A DNA stretch of 16,830 bases, from the NCBI GenBank assembly GCA_024626585.2, contig JANKJI020000002.1, positions 33,892,288 to 33,909,117 of the forward strand, read 5' to 3'. Under the pieces are notes generated by a model. The model did no database searches. It saw only the letters and a program-made list of their open reading frames with translations, and was not told the DNA's origin. The stretch is from Ginkgo biloba (taxonomy: Eukaryota > Plantae > Ginkgophyta). Position 1 is the first letter of the stretch, and every line of letters begins with the position of its first letter. Position numbers and translations under genes: made by a program. Shown here piece by piece: positions 12,301 through 16,830 of the stretch.

Positions 12301-15300
12301 NNAGATAATCAATTTGAGTGCTCTAAAACATATAATAAATTACTCAGAATAAGCCCTTGAAGACTACTTACTGCATGGACAGGCCCTTGCATCCCTTGAT
12401 GAGTAACACGATGTAATATGCGTCCTGTCACCGTGTCTATGAGATAGGCAACCAACCAAGCCTCATCTGGAGTGACTGATCCTATTGCACCAGCAGCTTT
12501 AGGTGCTACTGTAGCAACAAATAANNNNNNNNNNNNNNNNNNNNNNNNNNNNNNNNNNNNTGTATAGCACTTCCTGATCTGTTAGCACCTTTGCTTGTGT
12601 ATGAACCACCTGTAACCAAGTAATTTTTAGACAAGCTTTTTGTACTGGGTTTTAGCAACAGAAAACATGCAACCAGAGAAAATAAATGTATGATCAAAGA
12701 AATTTTAGATTATAACTGCAGTAGGCAAAGAAGAATGACCTCGTCTGATTTTTTTGTTGCAGTGGCCACAATTTTCTCTTTGTCAGATGGAAATATCACA
12801 GACCATAGTTCTCTGGTGTGGAAGCAATAATCCTTACTCTCTGTATCCGACTTATCAAGGCCATTGATACCATAGCCTCTGATGGACCCTTTTTCCGAAT
12901 CAACAAAATACAAATAGATATTTGACATCTGATTAAGAAATATAGTGAGTGCTTCACCAGTTCTGGGAAATAAGTGTGCCCTTGCATTATTATCAATCAA
13001 AAGATGAAGTCGTTGCTCTGTTGAATCTGTCATTGGAAGGGGAATCACTTGTGATATGGGATAGGAGAGGCTGAAAAATCCTAACTCCTTTCCAGTGTGA
13101 GAATCAACCAAGGATAGGATTCCTACAGCATCAGGTCCCATGCCACATTTCCCTGTTATCAGGACAGCAGGGTTCTCATCTAAAGCATGATGATGAGGGA
13201 CCTGCCAAGGGAAGACCTTCAACACAGAAGGAACTTGACATAATTCTGATTTTCGGAAAGCGGGTAGCAAGAGCGACCATATGATGCGACCATCTCCAGA
13301 GTGAAGAGCTAAAAGTTTTCCTGCTTTTGTTAATACTATCAACAGTTTGCGAAACCCATTATGGTCCCTAGTCATTTTGGTTTTTTCTGCATTATTCAAC
13401 CTCATTGCTTGTATGGCAGCTATGTCCTCAGCACTTGCAAGCATCAAGGTTGCNNNNNNNNNNNNNNNNNNNNNNNNNNNNNNNNNNNNNNNNNNNNNNN
13501 NTCAAATTCTGAAATATATGCTTTTATACCAAGGAAAGCATAAAAGACAAGCTAAATTGAAATTTCAGCATTATACCTTCAGCCATTCAAACAAGTTGTG
13601 TTCCACTTCTGCAACGGACACACCATCCCTCTCTAAGGGAAGCTCTGCTGTAGTTGTATCTATAATAGAAGCAAGACCATCCTCTCTACTCCAAACAACC
13701 TCGCCCTGTTGTAACAAAGCTAAGGAATGATCCTCAGCAACTACCAGGGCTCTAAACCCATGAGACATATCTGTACGGACATAGTTATTTATAAAAACCT
13801 TTTGTAAGATACCCCTTTGAGGGTTTAGCTCAACAATTTCCTTCACAAACTCACTTTTTTCGCCATTATCAAGCATGACAGAAAGTGAGACCTTGTTCTT
13901 GTCTAGGTGTTGCACCACTGCAAAAGCTTGCTCTCCTTCTGATAAAGGGAGACCATCACTAATAACAGCTGGTTCATTAACTTTCTNNNNNNNNNNNNNN
14001 NNNNNNNNNNNNNNNNNNNNNNNNNNNNNNNNNNNNNNNNNNNNNNNNNNNNNNNNNNNNNNNNNNNNNNNNNNNNNNNNNNNNNNATGATTGAACCATA
14101 CATAAGTGCACTAAATGTTCTATGGATATGTAAGATGCCAAGATGCCCTCATTTTGTCTCAAATATTTGTAATATTGTAGAGAGAGTATATGGACAATTC
14201 TTTCTATTCTAATGGTGTGAGGAATTGGACTTTATATGAAGTTAATTTTACAATGTAGACTACTATTCATTTCAGCTTTAACATTAACATAAATGTTACT
14301 TCTGAATATTTCAATTTTTAAAGATTTTTTCTAAGATTATAATGTTATTGAATTTGAAAAATTATAGGACATTGGCTTTACAGCAGATGAATATATTTAT
14401 TTAATGAATGTTGTATTATTTTATTGTTTTTTATTATTTACATTTTTGTTTACTTTACAACGGATGAATATATTTATTTAATGCATGTTGTATTATTTTA
14501 TTATTTTCTATTATTTACATTTTTACTTTTTTTTTTTTTTTTTAAAATTTCATTAATGTATGCGATACATAAAATACAGGCGGCTCAAGAGCCGAAAGCT
14601 TCACAACGCCAAACGCTTCACGCCACGATTACAGACACCACTGTGAGCTACTCCGATAGAGTACTAAGAGTTGGAGATCATCTCCCTAGTCACCGGAGTG
14701 CTCAGTGAAACTGTGCGGCCCTTCTGCATCTCTGTCGAACATAGGAACCTTATGGAATAGTGCCAATTTTAGCCTTCTCACTTAATAGATTACTTCTGTT
14801 TGCTGGAACTACCACCTGGAGCAGAGAAAGACTTCCTTAATCTTTGCCTCCATTATTCTTTTGGATTTTGATCAATTCTACTGGAGCTCCGATTTTCTTG
14901 TTCATTAACTTTCTCCAATAAATGCAGTTCACTACTAGTCTTTCCAACTCTTAGCAGTAAGATATTGGAGTTAACTCTCAATGCAAAAGCACCTGCAGAC
15001 TTCAACAGAAGGAGGTTTGCCTCAAATGAAGAATCTTCAGAGAAACTTGAAATAGCTGTCTGATGGAGTCTCAGCTCTTCCTCTGCAATGTGGCCCGTAA
15101 CTATAGTTGATCTTGCAGAATCCAGTGCTACCAATGTATATTTGGTCACAATTAGCTTCTCTTTCGAGAAACCTCCAGGAAAGCTTGCCATTTCATGTTT
15201 CATTATTTGCCCATTCCTGGGATCCACTGCCCAAATAGCCACACTTGAGATCCCAATAAATCCTACTGCATAGATTCTTTCTCTATCAGGAGAAAGAAGA

Positions 15301-16191
15301 ATCTTTTCAATGCTCATTTCAGCTTCATCACTGCCACAAAACAGACAATTTTACCATCAATTAATTAAAGTAATAGATTGCATCTAGCTAGCCACTAAAG
15401 GACTTCAAAAATTTACAATTACAGATGCAATTGCACAACAATCATATGTTTATGATTACCCAATTTTCTTAAAATTTCAACTTTCACTCTCANNNNNNNN
15501 NNNNNNNNNNNNNNNNNNNNNNNNNNNNNNNNNNNNNNNNNNNNNNNNNNNNNNNNNNNNNNNNNNNNNNNNNNNNNNNNNNNNNNNNNNNNTTTCTTAA
15601 AATTTCAACTTTCACTCTCATGGCTGCTTGCCAATATAGAAACTCTAAATCATGACAATTTTCTTGGAGCTTCATCCAAAAGAATGTGATCAGAAAGCTT
15701 TGGATATATTGTGCAGTAAAAGTCCATTTAGATGTTCCAGATTTGAAAGCTCCTGACCCCTCAAAAATTAGAGCAGAAGACAGAAACTCGAACAGTGCAC
15801 TAATAATACTAACCTCACAGCAAAAAAATCTGTTCTCCAAAGAAGCTCTCCATCCATGCTTGACACAGCATGCAACAAACCTCCACTGTAAACAAGAATA
15901 GTGTTCTCCTTGTCATTTTTTATATCCATCTGCATTATTGCAAGGTTGATGAATTATAATTATGCAACAGAACACAAATACCACTACTTGTTAAATCAGT
16001 AATCAATGTCTTTCATCATCCAGACAGATAAAAAATAATCAAACATAATACGAAAAACACAGCCCATACCGGTACAGATAACAGGCACTTGGATCGACCT
16101 GAACCTTCCAAATATGATTCCCAGACCATCTGACCATCAGGAAGATTCCATGCTCTTAAAACACTTCCTGCACTAGAAAGGGTGATGACAT
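9045..16191 (-). CDS. EMC1: ER membrane protein complex subunit 1 (PQQ-like beta-propeller, DUF1620 C-terminal domain, C-terminal TM); 5'-partial gene span, one exon interrupted by an insertion
   Basis: Colinear plant EMC1 motifs: LRAWNLPDGQMVWE, NNYVRTDMSHGFRAL, TRDHNGFRKL, WQVPHHHALDENP, VFSENWVVYHYFNLRAH, TSTAKGITSKQLL, DKRFFDPRR, YGVDLFYTRTAPSRTYDSLTEEFSY...EKWR*. All visible intron ends are GT/AG with compatible phases. Confidence 0.96.
9561..9674 (-). CDS. EMC1: EMC1 exon (VLALDKRFFDPRRSINPTPAEREDGILPLTDAIPVFPQ)
   Basis: ttgcAG|GTT ... CAG|GTtctt; 114 bp. Absent from the ORF track. Confidence 0.93.
9792..9986 (-). CDS. EMC1: EMC1 exon (DTKNIFELMLGRHNLTAP...LLIGTICDQ)
   Basis: taacAG|GAC ... 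CAG|GTcagc; 195 bp. Confidence 0.93.
10206..10301 (-). CDS. EMC1: EMC1 exon (VFSENWVVYHYFNLRAHRYEMSVIEIYDHSRA)
   Basis: ccaaAG|GTC ... GCG|GTatgc; 96 bp. Absent from the ORF track. Confidence 0.93.
12372..12609 (-). CDS. EMC1: EMC1 exon (VVHTQAKVLTDQEVLY-[gap]-LFVATVAPKAAGAIGSVTPDEAWLVAYLIDTVTGRILHRVTHQGMQGPVHA)
   Basis: ttacAG|GTG ... GCA|GTaagt. Internal N gap at 12525-12560 is 36 N where homology predicts about 20 nt. Confidence 0.9.
12740..13453 (-). CDS. EMC1: EMC1 exon (…ATLMLASAEDIAAIQ...KIVATATKKSDE); true start hidden in gap 13454-13501
   Basis: Open frame of ORF 12710..13447; donor GAG|GTcatt at 12740/12739. Confidence 0.92.
13577..13986 (-). CDS. EMC1: EMC1 large exon, 3' part (KVNEPAVISDGLPLSEGEQAFAVVQH...EHNLFEWLK)
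   Basis: Open frame from the gap edge to donor AAG|GTataa at 13577/13576; begins with the duplicated 15-mer. Confidence 0.92.
14087..14643 (+). mobile_element. Probable end of a hAT-like DNA transposon nested in the exonic insertion
   Basis: AT-rich body, then a CpG-rich subterminal block with repeated gcttcac..cgcca motifs, ending ...gacaccaCTG (CAGTGGTGTC on the minus strand, resembling hAT CAG termini). The other end is not visible. Confidence 0.4.
14376..14524. repeat. 77-bp tandem duplication (2 copies), followed by a T17 run at 14527-14543
   Basis: ctttaca.c.gatgaatatatttatttaatg.atgttgtattattttatt.tttt.tattatttacattttt at 14376 and 14453. Confidence 0.92.
14900..15330 (-). CDS. EMC1: EMC1 large exon, 5' part (S-DEAEMSIEKILLSPD...FPGGFS...LHLLEKVNE)
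   Basis: Acceptor tttgtggcAG|T at 15331/15330 completes the split codon AG+T; homology ends at the duplicated 15-mer. Confidence 0.9.
15814..15929 (-). CDS. EMC1: EMC1 exon (MDIKNDKENTILVYSGGLLHAVSSMDGELLWRTDFFAV-)
   Basis: atgcAG|ATG ... AG|GTtagt; 116 bp, phase 0 to 2. Absent from the ORF track. Confidence 0.92.
16070..16191 (-). CDS. EMC1: EMC1 exon (-YVITLSSAGSVLRAWNLPDGQMVWESYLEGSGRSKCLLSVP)
   Basis: ctgcAG|AT GTC ... CCG|GTatgg; 122 bp. Confidence 0.93.
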
Positions 16192-16634
16192 CTGCAGTTG
16201 AAACAATTAGTAATCGAAGTTGATGCTCTACATTAATGACAACCAAGTAAAACACTCCAGTTAAATCGCATAGTCTAATGATAATCATTCTTTACAACTT
16301 TTACTGTGTTGCACTTTTTCCATTACAATTATTGTGTAATCCCCTATCCCAATCAAGTTCCACTAGCAAAGGACTGATAGATACATAGGACAGGCCATAT
16401 TTATCGTTCCACTTATTGTTATTTGTTGGTCCTATTTCCCTCTTAAAATCAATGCCATTGTTACTTAGGGTTATTCTTTACATTCTTAATATTTGGCATT
16501 TTCTGAATAACATATGTATCATAATCCCAGTGCCAAACAAGTTCCATTACGGAAGGACTGACAGATCATTACTGTTAAAAGACGGGAGAGCAACTGTTCT
16601 CGTGGAATATAGGTCAATCACAGTTCCACTTAAG

Positions 16635-16830
16635 TTTGAGTTGAAATACTCAATGTTGGATAAGAAAGCCTATTCCTTAGTGAAGGCTATCAAGAAGTTT
16701 AGGCACTATATTCTTCGAAATAAGGTTCATGCTATCGTACCTAATTCTATAGTTAAGCTCATGTTAAGATAGAATGAGATGGGAGAAAGAAGAGGTAAAT
16801 GGATGGTAAGACTGTAGGAATTTGATATCA
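16635..16830 (+). mobile_element. Ty3/gypsy pol RNase H fragment (degenerate), within an EMC1 intron, antisense to the gene
   Basis: ELKYSMLDKKAYSLVKAIKKFRHYILRNKVHAIVPNSIVKLMLR*NEMGERRGKWMVRL*EFDI fits gypsy RNase H (E..Y...EK...A...A..KFRHY ... W...LQEFD); TAG stops at 16770 and 16815. Confidence 0.88.

Larger units (their letters stand above)
13987..14899 (-). mobile_element. Composite insertion within an EMC1 coding exon, flanked by a 15-bp direct repeat (putative TSD; non-LTR retroposon-like)
   Basis: GTTCATTAACTTTCT at both 13972-13986 and 14900-14914, exactly where EMC1 homology stops and resumes. The intervening sequence is non-EMC1 with an in-frame TAA at 14855-14853 and includes a 100-N gap at 13987-14086. 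Confidence 0.7.

Noticed and set aside
10302-12371. 2.07-kb intron with A-rich skew and faint L1 RNase H-like traces on the plus strand (about 10600-10970)
   Set aside because: Probably old transposon debris, but the motifs are too decayed to support a call.
12525-12560. Apparent frameshift in EMC1 exon 12372-12609 (238 bp)
   Set aside because: Falls across an estimated-length N gap; about 20 nt would restore the frame.
14581-14594. GC hairpin as a Helitron 3' end or intrinsic terminator
   Set aside because: No CTRR at the expected distance on either strand, and bacterial-type terminators do not apply here.
14424-14708. 94-aa hydrophobic ORF
   Set aside because: Product of the AT-rich duplication and T run; low complexity.
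14700-14780. GTTCGA B-box-like motif on the minus strand suggesting a tRNA or SINE head
   Set aside because: No convincing A box or cloverleaf.
8915-15901. Plus-strand and alternate-frame ORFs overlapping EMC1 exons (8915, 9469, 12796, 13347, 15088, 15686 and others)
   Set aside because: Antisense or shadow frames of real exons with no recognisable protein features.

Overview
AT-rich, gap-laden plant nuclear DNA from a draft assembly; possibly a gymnosperm, which is my inference from gene structure and transposon decay. The right half holds a spliced EMC1 gene (ER membrane protein complex subunit 1) on the minus strand: 9 GT-AG-bounded exons are visible between 9045 and 16191, and the 5' exons lie beyond 16830. 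The left end holds the terminal exon of a convergent plant multi-pass membrane protein of the At2g12400/At1g71110-like family (393-743, +). The roughly 8.3 kb between them is decayed transposon sequence: an L1-clade LINE (RT, CCHC finger, probable RNase H and ORF1), a 174-bp tandem repeat, telomere-like repeats and a Ty3/gypsy integrase scrap. A gypsy RNase H fragment sits in the upstream EMC1 intron. The most notable anomaly is a composite insertion of at least 813 bp plus a gap inside an otherwise intact EMC1 coding exon. It is flanked by a 15-bp direct duplication and introduces a stop, although a weak GT/AG pair within the duplication could splice it out in frame. I see no convincing new biological system, and no RNA genes or CRISPR arrays.
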